DNA of 64,000 nt, taken from IMG/VR virus record IMGVR_UViG_3300028676_000003, positions 304,550 to 368,549 of that record, one strand, 5' to 3'. The notes under the pieces were generated by a model. It saw only the letters and a list, made by a program, of their open reading frames with translations, was not told where the DNA came from and made no database searches. This document shows, one piece after another, positions 1 through 8,756 of the stretch. The translations under genes were made by a program, and so were the position numbers. Each line of letters starts with the position of its first letter. The stretch's first letter is position 1.

Positions 1-2
1 GT

Positions 3-215
3 TTTACACTAGAAAAAGGTCAGCGGTTATTGAATGAACATAAAGCTAATATTTTGAAGCTTCATAGTAACCAAAGCTACGACAATTATGTTACTGGCGG
101 TGGAACAAATGTTACTGATAAACACTACGCTAACGAAGTTGAAAAACTAAGGAACTTAGGTCTTTATTGGGAATATGTCTATGAAGAAATCGAAATTCCA
201 ATTTATTACAAATAA
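3..215 (+). CDS. hypothetical protein, 5'-truncated by window edge
   Basis: frame open from position 3 to TAA 213-215. Confidence 0.6.
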   Translation, partial: FTLEKGQRLLNEHKANILKLHSNQSYDNYVTGGGTNVTDKHYANEVEKLRNLGLYWEYVYEEIEIPIYYK

Positions 216-216
216 G

Positions 217-585
217 ATGAAAGAAGAACATAAAGTTAAATTGGTAGATATGCTTGGTGAGGAAAAAGCCAATCTAATCTTCAAGCAAGTAGAAGACCAA
301 GCAAAGTTAAATGAAATTCACGAAAAGGCTAAAAAAGATGAAGAAGCAAGAATGGTTAATGCCATGATTGATAAGGGTTATCTTATAAGTGGTGAATACT
401 ATTCGGGCCACAGGTTCCGTGGGAAGCACGTAGCAATGTGGGATGGTCAAGATAATTGTTTTAGAACAATCAATTTCAAAATGGGAAGTTTTTTTGTTGA
501 AAAGTTACCTTATTTTGGAGACGTTGCAGATACAAATCAAGATGGTTTTATACCATTTGATAGGATTGAAAAAAGAAAAATCTAG
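217..585 (+). CDS. phage hypothetical protein
   Basis: ATG 217 just after upstream stop; HVAMWDG...F motif. Confidence 0.7.
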   Translation: MKEEHKVKLVDMLGEEKANLIFKQVEDQAKLNEIHEKAKKDEEARMVNAMIDKGYLISGEYYSGHRFRGKHVAMWDGQDNCFRTINFKMGSFFVEKLPYFGDVADTNQDGFIPFDRIEKRKI

Positions 586-590
586 AAATT

Positions 591-965
591 ATGAAATATA
601 CGTGGTTAGTTAAAAGAGTTAAAGCTGTTCAAGCCGTTAGAGATTATCTAGGTGTTGGTTATATTGAAGCAGTTTCAAAATACAATGAAATAATTGAGTT
701 TTTAGATGGAACCAAAAATTTGGAGAACGAGCATAATCTACATAATTCATCATTGGGTAGTATTGCTTTTGGTTTACGATATCGAGGAATCATTTCGTTT
801 GAAACACAAGATGATGTCGAGGATAAAAAAGAACAAGAAAGACAGACGATTATTTCTCATGAAAACAAAAAAGCTAAAGAATGGTTTGATAAACAAACTG
901 AGTTTGACCAAGAAATGATTAATCGTTTAATTAGAATGAATCAAGTAGGCCCAGCAATGGGGTAA
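591..965 (+). CDS. divergent bL12(L7/L12)-CTD-like protein, paralog 1
   Basis: VKAVQAVRDYLGVGYIEA; C-terminal helix shared with next two ORFs. Confidence 0.45.
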   Translation: MKYTWLVKRVKAVQAVRDYLGVGYIEAVSKYNEIIEFLDGTKNLENEHNLHNSSLGSIAFGLRYRGIISFETQDDVEDKKEQERQTIISHENKKAKEWFDKQTEFDQEMINRLIRMNQVGPAMG

Positions 966-982
966 AAAGAAAAATAATTAGT

Positions 983-1366
983 ATGGGACCAAAAGTAGAT
1001 TTAAGAGATTTTAAATGGGTTTTAGAAAGAACAAAAGCAATTGTTGCTATTGGTAAAGAAGAAGGCATGGGTCTTACGGTTGCCAAAAACACCTATGAGA
1101 AGATAAATGCGATTGTTGCTGATGGAATTTATTCAGTAGATTCTAACACACCTTTTGAGGACAGAAATTATATTTGTTTTTTGGAAAGACTAAAATATAG
1201 GGGTGTTTTGTCATATACTGAATGGGACTATCATAGGGAAGAACAAGCAGAACGTTATCGACTTGAAGAAGAAACACATGCCAAGGCTGTTAAGTGGATG
1301 AAATCACTAAGCAAAGAGGAACAAGAAATGGTACAAACACTAATGAATGGAATGATTCTTAGATAA
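983..1366 (+). CDS. divergent bL12-CTD-like protein, paralog 2
   Basis: TKAIVAIGKEEGMGLTVAK; shared C-terminal W..L....QEM..TL motif. Confidence 0.4.
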   Translation: MGPKVDLRDFKWVLERTKAIVAIGKEEGMGLTVAKNTYEKINAIVADGIYSVDSNTPFEDRNYICFLERLKYRGVLSYTEWDYHREEQAERYRLEEETHAKAVKWMKSLSKEEQEMVQTLMNGMILR

Positions 1367-1377
1367 AAACAAAAATT

Positions 1378-1761
1378 ATGGTAGCAATATTAATAACATA
1401 CAATAAATGGCTTACAGAGTCTAAGTTATTTGTAGTAAAAGAAGTGAAGATGTTCGCAGGAATTGGACTTAAAGAGGCCAAGGATTTTGTGGACGAAATT
1501 GATAATAACATCCGTTTGGGTAAAACTATTTCTATTGGAAAAGGGAGTGAAACACACGAAATACTAAAATTCTTAAAAGAGAAAGACTTACTTTCATTTG
1601 TGGAAGCTCATAAGACTGGGCTAAAGAAAGAAAATCATCGTGTGGTTGCTAAGCGTAGCAAGGAATATGATATAGCTAGGTCTTGGTTCGATTCTTTGCA
1701 CCCAAAGAAACAAGCTATGATTCAAACGCTAATAAACGAAGAAAATGGCATTTCAGGATAA
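1378..1761 (+). CDS. ribosomal protein L7/L12 C-terminal domain-like protein, paralog 3
   Basis: KLFVVKEVKMFAGIGLKEAKDFVD matches bL12 signature KxxVIKxVRxxTGLGLKEAKDLVE. Confidence 0.7.
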   Translation: MVAILITYNKWLTESKLFVVKEVKMFAGIGLKEAKDFVDEIDNNIRLGKTISIGKGSETHEILKFLKEKDLLSFVEAHKTGLKKENHRVVAKRSKEYDIARSWFDSLHPKKQAMIQTLINEENGISG

Positions 1762-2443
1762 ATACGGAAGAACCCTACATTTTGATTTTAGTCCTGGAAC
1801 TACATCGGATGATAGAATAAATACAGAATGGAGAGAGCAGGTACAGAAGTTTCCTAAGCTGATTCATACTGAGAAACTAGACGGAGAAAACTCTTGTCTA
1901 TCTCAATATGGTGTCTTTGCTAGGTCACATGCGGCACCTACACTACATCCATGGGCTAACCACTTGAAAGAGAAGCAATCAGTAATTCAACATGACCTAA
2001 AAAGCATGGATTTTGAAATATTTGGTGAAAACCTATATGCTTTACACTCAATCATTTACCCTGAACTTACAGCACATTTCTATGTGTTTGGAATTAGGGT
2101 CCTTGATAAGTGGCTTTCATGGGAAGAAACCAAGCAATGGGCTGGATTCTTTGATTTTCAAGTGGTTCCCGAATTGGGAATTCAAGATACAACTGAACCT
2201 GAACTAATAAAATCAAGGGTACTAGAATTAGGTAGTCAGCCAAGCGTATTTGGTTCACAACAAAATAATACTGACCCGCTTATTGATTGTACACGTGAAG
2301 GTATTGTAAGTAGGAATATAGACGAATACACAGTTGAAGGTTTCAAAGAGAATATCTTCAAATATGTGAGAAAAGACCACGTTCAAACGGACGTTCATTG
2401 GAGTAAAACAATAACAAGAGCAAGACTAATACACGAATACTAA
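1745..2443 (+). CDS. ATP-dependent RNA ligase (Rnl2-like)
   Basis: motif I TEKLDGEN, IFGENLY, FYVFGI, REGIV, FKYVR. Confidence 0.85.
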   Translation: MAFQDKYGRTLHFDFSPGTTSDDRINTEWREQVQKFPKLIHTEKLDGENSCLSQYGVFARSHAAPTLHPWANHLKEKQSVIQHDLKSMDFEIFGENLYALHSIIYPELTAHFYVFGIRVLDKWLSWEETKQWAGFFDFQVVPELGIQDTTEPELIKSRVLELGSQPSVFGSQQNNTDPLIDCTREGIVSRNIDEYTVEGFKENIFKYVRKDHVQTDVHWSKTITRARLIHEY

Positions 2444-2628
2444 TGTTAGAAATATTTTTAACCATTTATATGGTATTGATTTGTGGAATACTTTTAAATA
2501 TCTTAGCTGGAACAGCATTTGATAGTTATTATGATAGAAGCAAAAAAGGTTTTTTATTAGGATGTTCATTGCTAATAATAAGTTGGTTTATACATGGATT
2601 ATTAATTCTATGGGGACATGGGAATTAG
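2443..2628 (+). CDS. small membrane protein
   Basis: two hydrophobic segments; TAATG coupling. Confidence 0.65.
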   Translation: MLEIFLTIYMVLICGILLNILAGTAFDSYYDRSKKGFLLGCSLLIISWFIHGLLILWGHGN

Positions 2629-2851
2629 AAATCTAATTGGAGCGATTGCCTCAGCCCATCAACGAAATAAGACCAAACCAAGAGGTAAAGAGGAAAAAGA
2701 GGTTTTAGAGCCTGACCATACTGGTTTTGTCCCTTATACAAAAGGATGGAAAGAGAAGCACTTAGAATGGGCCAATGCTGGCTTATGTGGTGAGTGTGGT
2801 GAACCATCGGGTGATGAATTAGGTATTTGTAATGAATGCCGTTGGAGTTAA
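2618..2851 (+). CDS. small Zn-ribbon protein
   Basis: CGEC...CNEC. Confidence 0.6.
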   Translation: MGIRNLIGAIASAHQRNKTKPRGKEEKEVLEPDHTGFVPYTKGWKEKHLEWANAGLCGECGEPSGDELGICNECRWS

Positions 2852-2854
2852 ATC

Positions 2855-3181
2855 ATGGGAAAGAAAGAAATTCGTAGAGACTTCAGAAATGACGTTTTTA
2901 CAAGAGATAAAAATACCTGTAAAGTATGTGGTGAAGTCCGAGAGTTAAGTCTTTTGGATGCTCACCACATTACTGATAGAGGGGAGATGCCTAATGGTGG
3001 TTACGTCAAAGAAAATGGTATTACCGTTTGTAAGGAAGACTGCCATTTGAAGGTTGAATGGTTCCATATCACTGAAGGTAAAGAATGGGAAGAAGGACTT
3101 CACCCTGACGACTTGTATAAGATGATTGGTTCATCTAAGGAGTTGGCTATTCAAAAAAGTGAGAGATTGCTTGCGAGATAA
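2855..3181 (+). CDS. HNH endonuclease
   Basis: RDKNTCKVC...DAHHI...NGITVC..CH. Confidence 0.8.
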   Translation: MGKKEIRRDFRNDVFTRDKNTCKVCGEVRELSLLDAHHITDRGEMPNGGYVKENGITVCKEDCHLKVEWFHITEGKEWEEGLHPDDLYKMIGSSKELAIQKSERLLAR

Positions 3182-3193
3182 CTTAATAATTTG

Positions 3194-3201
3194 TACCTTT
3201 G
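3194..3201 (+). promoter_or_regulatory. Bacteroidota -7 promoter box TACCTTTG
   Basis: TTGC ~21 nt upstream; ATG 4 nt downstream. Confidence 0.7.
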
Positions 3202-3205
3202 TAAT

Positions 3206-3922
3206 ATGGAATTTAAAAAGAAAGAAATAATCGGAATGATTCACTTGGCTGGCCCTGATGTGGTTGAAAAAGCTATGGAAGAAATCAAAATATATGAGGA
3301 AGAAGGTCTTTCAGGTATCATCATTGAAAATTATCACGGTAATACCAGTGAAGTTTTGAAGGTATTATCTCGATTAGAGCATCAACCAACTAGTCTTAGT
3401 GTAGGTATTAATATTCTACCTAATGAGTTCGAATTTGCTTTTAAGCTTTGTGATGATTATGAGTTTATTGATTTCATTCAATTAGACTATATCGCTGGTG
3501 CTTATGCTATTGGAGACAAGGTAATTAAGCTTGATGCAGATAAATTTATTGAGTTATCGATGAACCACAGCAAGGTTGAGGTTTACGGTGGCGTTTGGCC
3601 TAAATATTATAAACCATTGAAAGATAGTGTTCTTAGCGTTGATTTATTTGATGCTGTTTTCCTTGGAAGTGCCGTTGTTGTAACTGGTGAAGGTACTGGT
3701 TATGAAACACCTCTTGATAAGGTGAAAGAATTTGCTACCCTAATTGATGGTAAGGCTCCGCTAATTGTTGGAGCAGGACTTACAGCTGAAAATGTTAAAG
3801 AGCAACTTGAATTTGCTCAAGGTGGTATTGTTGGTAGTGCTTTTAAACCTAACGGTCGAACTCAGCAAATGGTTGATAGAGACTTGGTTAAAGCTTTTAT
3901 GGACGAAGTAAAAAAACTATGA
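3206..3922 (+). CDS. btpA: BtpA/SgcQ-family TIM-barrel protein
   Basis: IIGMIHL, GIIIENY, VGINILPN, AVVVTGEGTG, GGIVGSAFK; true start ATG 3206 (track's TTG lies inside the promoter). Confidence 0.8.
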   Translation: MEFKKKEIIGMIHLAGPDVVEKAMEEIKIYEEEGLSGIIIENYHGNTSEVLKVLSRLEHQPTSLSVGINILPNEFEFAFKLCDDYEFIDFIQLDYIAGAYAIGDKVIKLDADKFIELSMNHSKVEVYGGVWPKYYKPLKDSVLSVDLFDAVFLGSAVVVTGEGTGYETPLDKVKEFATLIDGKAPLIVGAGLTAENVKEQLEFAQGGIVGSAFKPNGRTQQMVDRDLVKAFMDEVKKL

Positions 3923-3923
3923 T

Positions 3924-4424
3924 ATGGAATGTAAAACTATTAAGTTCGTTAAAAAAAATGGTGAAGCAGTAATAGTAAATAAAGTAAAATATCCTAATTT
4001 TTTTGAAGCTGAAGCTCAAGCAAATGGAATAAATACACAATCTAAGGTATTCACTAAAAGAATGGCTTATCATTGTAGTATTTGTGGTCATTATCACGTT
4101 GGAACTTCGATTGAAGCACTAAAGAAACCGAAACCCAAAGATAAAAAAATAAAGCTTATTGGTGGTATCAAGATGCCGAAGGTAGTTGGTAGTATTGATT
4201 TACGATTGTTTAATAATCCACAACCAAGAGTCAAAAAAGTGATGAATAGCGTTTATGTTAATCGAAAAATTTATCATTATATGATAAAGATTAAGATTGT
4301 TGAAGTAATCTGCCCTGATGGAAAGAAAAAAAGACCTAAAATTGATAAAATTCTTGGACAACAAAAAAAGCTTAACCAAAAAAAGATAATTGAATACATC
4401 TCTAAAGAGATAGCAAAAAAATAG
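3924..4424 (+). CDS. Zn-finger protein (AYxCxxCxxYHVG), paralog of 5550
   Basis: MAYHCSICGHYHVG; KVVGSIDL. Confidence 0.6.
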   Translation: MECKTIKFVKKNGEAVIVNKVKYPNFFEAEAQANGINTQSKVFTKRMAYHCSICGHYHVGTSIEALKKPKPKDKKIKLIGGIKMPKVVGSIDLRLFNNPQPRVKKVMNSVYVNRKIYHYMIKIKIVEVICPDGKKKRPKIDKILGQQKKLNQKKIIEYISKEIAKK

Positions 4425-4429
4425 AAATC

Positions 4430-5542
4430 ATGTGGAAGTTTAAGTATTACGATATAGAGAAGGGTCCTGATTGGACAGCAATTGAAAGGAATTGCGAGTG
4501 GTTTCGTGATATGAAAGACGTTCCACAAGACAAGATATGGCATGCCGAAGGTGATGTTCAAATCCATACAAAAATGGTTTGTGAAGCACTTATCCAATTG
4601 TCTGAATTTCAAGAACTTAGTGAAGAAAAGAAACACATTATGTTTACAGGTGCGCTTATGCACGACATAGAGAAACGTTCTACAACTACAACTGAGTTCA
4701 AGAATGACAGAGAGTGTATTATTGCTCCTAAGCATGCTGAAAGAGGTGAGAAAACAGCAAGAGAAATTCTTTATATGGATTTTGATTGTCCTTATCATTC
4801 TAGAGAACAAATCTGTAAGATTGTTAAGTGGCACGGGAAGCCTCTACACGATGCATCTAATAAGACACTTGCTAGACTAGCAACACAAGTTCAATTACCA
4901 TTTCTAGCAATGATTGCAAAGGCCGATATTCTTGGCCGTATTTGTACTGATGCTGAAGAACACTTGGAAAGAATTGAATTTTTCCAAATGCAAGCAGAAG
5001 ACATTGGTTGTTGGGGTCGTACAATGTACTTTCAAAATCAATTGATTGAATATGAAGCTTTAAAAACGGGTAATTTATATTCACATCGTTTTGATGATAC
5101 GAAGTTTGAGGTAATGATGATGTCCGCAATCCCAGGTTCAGGCAAAGACCACTACGTTAAGAATAACCTTCAAGGGTGGCCTGTAATCAGTCTTGACGAT
5201 ATTAGAGCTGAGCTTAAGGTTAAGCCTTTAGATAAAAAGGGTAACGGACAAGTGATTCAACTAGCTAAAAAGAGAGCTAAGGAACTAATGGCTAAGCATA
5301 CAAATTTTGTATGGAATGCCACAAATATAACTCAACAAATGAGAGGTCAGTTGATTGAGTTATTTGAAGAATATGGTGGAAAGGTAACAATTGTTTATAT
5401 TGAGGTCCCTTATAAGACTCTTATCAAGCAAAATAACGATAGAGAAGCGATAGTTCCTCAAAGTGTTATTGAAAAGATGATTAGAAAATGGGAACCACCT
5501 ATTCGTGAAGAAGCATATAGAATATTAACTTTTACAAATTAA
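4430..5542 (+). CDS. HD-domain + P-loop polynucleotide kinase (AAA_33-like) fusion
   Basis: HAEGDVQIHT, LMHDIEK, Walker A AIPGSGKD, WNATN. Confidence 0.8.
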   Translation: MWKFKYYDIEKGPDWTAIERNCEWFRDMKDVPQDKIWHAEGDVQIHTKMVCEALIQLSEFQELSEEKKHIMFTGALMHDIEKRSTTTTEFKNDRECIIAPKHAERGEKTAREILYMDFDCPYHSREQICKIVKWHGKPLHDASNKTLARLATQVQLPFLAMIAKADILGRICTDAEEHLERIEFFQMQAEDIGCWGRTMYFQNQLIEYEALKTGNLYSHRFDDTKFEVMMMSAIPGSGKDHYVKNNLQGWPVISLDDIRAELKVKPLDKKGNGQVIQLAKKRAKELMAKHTNFVWNATNITQQMRGQLIELFEEYGGKVTIVYIEVPYKTLIKQNNDREAIVPQSVIEKMIRKWEPPIREEAYRILTFTN

Positions 5543-5549
5543 ATATGAT

Positions 5550-5825
5550 ATGGAATGCACAACCAAACACATCAACCCTGTTAGTGGGTTAGAAGAAGAT
5601 AAACCTAAGAAACCGTTCAACACAAATGAACAAGCAATTTCACATGCTAAGTATGTAAATGGACTACCTGACAGAACCTACAAGGTTGTTGCCTATAAGT
5701 GCCCTGTTTGCTTCAAGTTTCATGTTGGACGTAATGGTAAACCACTCACCAAGAAGTATGTGGATAAAATAACAAAACCAAAGACATTCCAAGGGTTTAA
5801 AATTATTGGAAAAATTGAATTATGA
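5550..5825 (+). CDS. Zn-finger protein, paralog of 3924
   Basis: VAYKCPVCFKFHVG; KIIGKIEL. Confidence 0.6.
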   Translation: MECTTKHINPVSGLEEDKPKKPFNTNEQAISHAKYVNGLPDRTYKVVAYKCPVCFKFHVGRNGKPLTKKYVDKITKPKTFQGFKIIGKIEL

Positions 5826-6247
5826 TTGAAAAATTTAGAATTATATTTGTAACAGTTCTGTTAGTAGGACTATTTGCATATTCTATAAATGCTATACATT
5901 TCTTTATAAAGAATGACACATTTATTCATTATCAAGATTGTGGTAAGGTAGTAGGAAGTTCAAGTGAAGACAGACCAGTAAAACATGGAAGTGAAACTGA
6001 GTTTTATTTATTGATGCAATACGAAAAACAAGGCTTCAAAACTCAAGATGTTGGCGTTACAACCTATTACCAATACAAGGATGCTATCGGTAAGAAGCTA
6101 TGTTTTGAACAATCAGAACCAAATCCAGCGATATCAACGATATCCGACCACATTAAACATTTCCTAGGAGTTTTCTTTATAGTTGTTTACGTTATAGTTT
6201 TTTTGGTTATATTTATAGGATGGTGCGCAGGCGACCTGAAAATATAA
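5822..6247 (+). CDS. membrane protein with N- and C-terminal TM segments
   Basis: hydrophobic termini. Confidence 0.65.
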   Translation: MIEKFRIIFVTVLLVGLFAYSINAIHFFIKNDTFIHYQDCGKVVGSSSEDRPVKHGSETEFYLLMQYEKQGFKTQDVGVTTYYQYKDAIGKKLCFEQSEPNPAISTISDHIKHFLGVFFIVVYVIVFLVIFIGWCAGDLKI

Positions 6248-6272
6248 TAACGAAAAGATTTATAACATATGA

Positions 6273-6845
6273 ATGAATATTAAACAAAGACTTAGAGAGG
6301 TTTTATTAGAAGCCGAAAAAAAGGACCACAAACGAGAGTATGGTTGCCTTATGGTTTTCTTAGATGTTGACAAGAAAGCTTGGAAAGAATTACAAGATAT
6401 GATTGACAAGGACGACTTGTATACAGAAAAAGACGATGATGGTTATGGTCTAGAAGATAAACCACACGTTACAGTACTTTACGGACTTCATGGAGAGATT
6501 GAAGATAAGGAATTAGAGGTTGAAATCAATAAGATTACAGAACCTAAGATTTCTTTTAAGAATATTTCAACATTTGAGGCCGATAAGTATGATGTATTGA
6601 AATTTGATGTATCGAGTAGCGACTTGGTTAAACTTAACAAGAAATTCAAGGAATTTCCACATACTAGTACGTTCCCTAATTATCATCCTCATTGTACAAT
6701 TGCTTATCTGAAAAAGGGTGTTGCTGAAAAGTACATCAAAAAGGCTAAGGATTTGGTTAAGATGGATATGGAACCTGAAAAGGTTGTTTATTCTAAGGTT
6801 GATGGAACTGAGAAGAATTATAAAATAAATAAAAAAGAGGCTTAA
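6273..6845 (+). CDS. 2H phosphoesterase (T4 gp57B/Acb1-like)
   Basis: two HxT motifs (PHVTVLYG, PHCTIAY) and YGCLM N-terminal motif. Confidence 0.8.
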   Translation: MNIKQRLREVLLEAEKKDHKREYGCLMVFLDVDKKAWKELQDMIDKDDLYTEKDDDGYGLEDKPHVTVLYGLHGEIEDKELEVEINKITEPKISFKNISTFEADKYDVLKFDVSSSDLVKLNKKFKEFPHTSTFPNYHPHCTIAYLKKGVAEKYIKKAKDLVKMDMEPEKVVYSKVDGTEKNYKINKKEA

Positions 6846-6859
6846 CACCTCTTTTTTTT
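6831..6859. terminator. bidirectional intrinsic terminator
   Basis: AAAAAAGAGG-CTTAACA-CCTCTTTTTT between convergent genes. Confidence 0.8.
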
Positions 6860-7004
6860 ATTTACCTTGACCTTTGTTTTTCTTAAGATAGTTCTTAGAA
6901 CCTTTAAGTTTTGAGGCTTTTGATTTTGAGTGAACGCCTGGACGTTTCTTTCTTGTTTTGTGTACTTTTACACTTGTTGTAGTCCCTTTTGCTTTTGTTG
7001 CCAT
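6858..7004 (-). CDS. 48-aa Lys-rich basic protein ending GQGK
   Basis: ATG at 7004; KKRPGVHSK...SKNY...GQGK; shares terminator with 6273. Confidence 0.7.
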   Translation of the reverse strand: MATKAKGTTTSVKVHKTRKKRPGVHSKSKASKLKGSKNYLKKNKGQGK

Positions 7005-7019
7005 AGTATGTGTTTTTCT

Positions 7020-7027
7020 TATAAATA
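7020..7027 (-). promoter_or_regulatory. putative second-class (late?) promoter TATTTATA
   Basis: 15 nt upstream of ATG 7004; same motif before 19974, 54490, 62732. Confidence 0.4.
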
Positions 7028-7051
7028 CTTGCATACTTGGAAAAAAAATAG

Positions 7052-7059
7052 TACTTTTG
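7052..7059 (+). promoter_or_regulatory. Bacteroidota -7 box TACTTTTG
   Basis: TTGC at 7029 upstream. Confidence 0.7.
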
Positions 7060-7076
7060 TAAAAATAATTTAAAAT

Positions 7077-7397
7077 ATGAAAAATACAATTTACATTGAC
7101 ATTGACACAGACAGAGAACAAGTAATCCTTTTAGGAAAAGGAGCTGATTCTCCACCACCAACATCACCTGAAGAAGCCAAAGAAATGGTATTAAATGATG
7201 TTGAATGTATGACAGAAGCGTTGATATCACTGATGCATTTAGCACATGAAAATAAGTTTGGAGACAAAGAAGTTTTATTTGATGGTGTGATGAAAAAATT
7301 CTTCGATTATCGTAAAACATTCAATGTTGAAGTAGACATTGACCAACCAACAGAGCCTTCTGAAACAGAAGATAATACGAACGAAACTAATGAATAA
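7077..7397 (+). CDS. hypothetical acidic protein
   Basis: ORF behind promoter. Confidence 0.7.
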   Translation: MKNTIYIDIDTDREQVILLGKGADSPPPTSPEEAKEMVLNDVECMTEALISLMHLAHENKFGDKEVLFDGVMKKFFDYRKTFNVEVDIDQPTEPSETEDNTNETNE

Positions 7398-7588
7398 TGG
7401 ACGAATCAAGAAAGAAAGTGATTGCAACCATAAATTCATGCACGCAATTACAACACTTAGGAGCAACTAGAAAATTGGTATTCTTATACCTGAACAAATT
7501 TAATGGTCCTGCTTACGACAACAACTACAATGCGCTTATGCACATTTACGAAATTAAAAAACGAGAAATAATCAAAACAAATGGATAG
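7397..7588 (+). CDS. hypothetical protein
   Basis: TAATG-coupled ORF. Confidence 0.65.
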   Translation: MDESRKKVIATINSCTQLQHLGATRKLVFLYLNKFNGPAYDNNYNALMHIYEIKKREIIKTNG

Positions 7589-8399
7589 AACTATAAAAAA
7601 GATACAGAAGAATATATTTTACATGCTATTAGCAAACCCTGCTATATATTTGAAAGTATTGATTTATAGAACCGTTGGGATTGGTATTTTTACACTTTTC
7701 ATGGGGCTGACTATAAATTGGCTTGATTGGAACATATATACAATCCCAGCGTCTATGCATAGTCTTATCGGACTAGTAATTGGTTTACTCTTGGTTTTTA
7801 GAACCAACACAGCCTATGACCGTTGGTGGGAAGGTAGAAAGATGATTAGTGGGTTATGTCACGAAATTGACATGGTTTCAGCAAGACTATATGCTATGTC
7901 AGGCACTGAAAACGCTTATTCAATAGAAGGTTTCAGGTCTTCAACAGAGATGTTCTTAAAGAAGCTTCGAGATTTCCTTACAATCAACGAAGATGGTGAA
8001 AGTTCAAGTCAGTTTCATGCTTCGCAGAAGACAACGATAAAGAACGCTATGCTTGCCCTTAATGGAATGAATCAAGATAACATTCATGTTGCTGGCCTTA
8101 TGGCTTCGCTTAACAAGATGGTTGAATATTCAAATGCCTTGGAGAGAATCAAAAATACTCCAATTCCTTTATCTTATGTGTTTCACATCAAGATTAGTAT
8201 TTTCATATACTTGTTGTCATTACCGTTCGGTATTTTCCACGATTTAGAGCTATTTGCGGTACCATTGGTTATGTTGATATATTATATCATTGCGGGTGTA
8301 GAAATCATCAGTAACGAGATTGAAAATCCGTTTGCTGACGACCCGAATGACTTACCAACAAAAAAATTATTTGGCGTAATGCTTAAAACACTAGGATAA
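7581..8399 (+). CDS. bestrophin-family (YneE-like) anion channel
   Basis: LLVFRTNTAYDRWWEGR, ERIKNTPIP, EIENPF..DPNDLP; 4 TM segments. Confidence 0.9.
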   Translation: MDRTIKKIQKNIFYMLLANPAIYLKVLIYRTVGIGIFTLFMGLTINWLDWNIYTIPASMHSLIGLVIGLLLVFRTNTAYDRWWEGRKMISGLCHEIDMVSARLYAMSGTENAYSIEGFRSSTEMFLKKLRDFLTINEDGESSSQFHASQKTTIKNAMLALNGMNQDNIHVAGLMASLNKMVEYSNALERIKNTPIPLSYVFHIKISIFIYLLSLPFGIFHDLELFAVPLVMLIYYIIAGVEIISNEIENPFADDPNDLPTKKLFGVMLKTLG

Positions 8400-8584
8400 T
8401 GGGAACACTAAGAAAAGAAATACACGGAAATGAATTATATCTTTATAACGCCAAGGGCGAGTTAATCTTTAAGAGATGGCTTGACTTGGGATATTCAAAG
8501 GTATTTGATGTACAAGCGTATGGTAAAGATACACTAGTGAGTATCACTGATGAAGGAACAATTAAAAATAAACAAAATGGCTAA
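8399..8584 (+). CDS. hypothetical protein
   Basis: coupled ORF. Confidence 0.6.
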   Translation: MGTLRKEIHGNELYLYNAKGELIFKRWLDLGYSKVFDVQAYGKDTLVSITDEGTIKNKQNG

Positions 8585-8756
8585 AGAAAAAGTAACAATC
8601 AATCTTCGAGAAAAGTACAAAAAAGGCAGTGTTATCAATAAAAAGGAAATACTTCGTATGGTTACTGAGAACATTGATAAAATAACTATCGAATTGCGTG
8701 AAAGAACCGCATATTCAGATAACACAGAAGAAGTAGTAATTTCAATTAGATACTAA
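8577..8756 (+). CDS. hypothetical protein
   Basis: ATG 8577; coupled to folA. Confidence 0.6.
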   Translation: MAKEKVTINLREKYKKGSVINKKEILRMVTENIDKITIELRERTAYSDNTEEVVISIRY

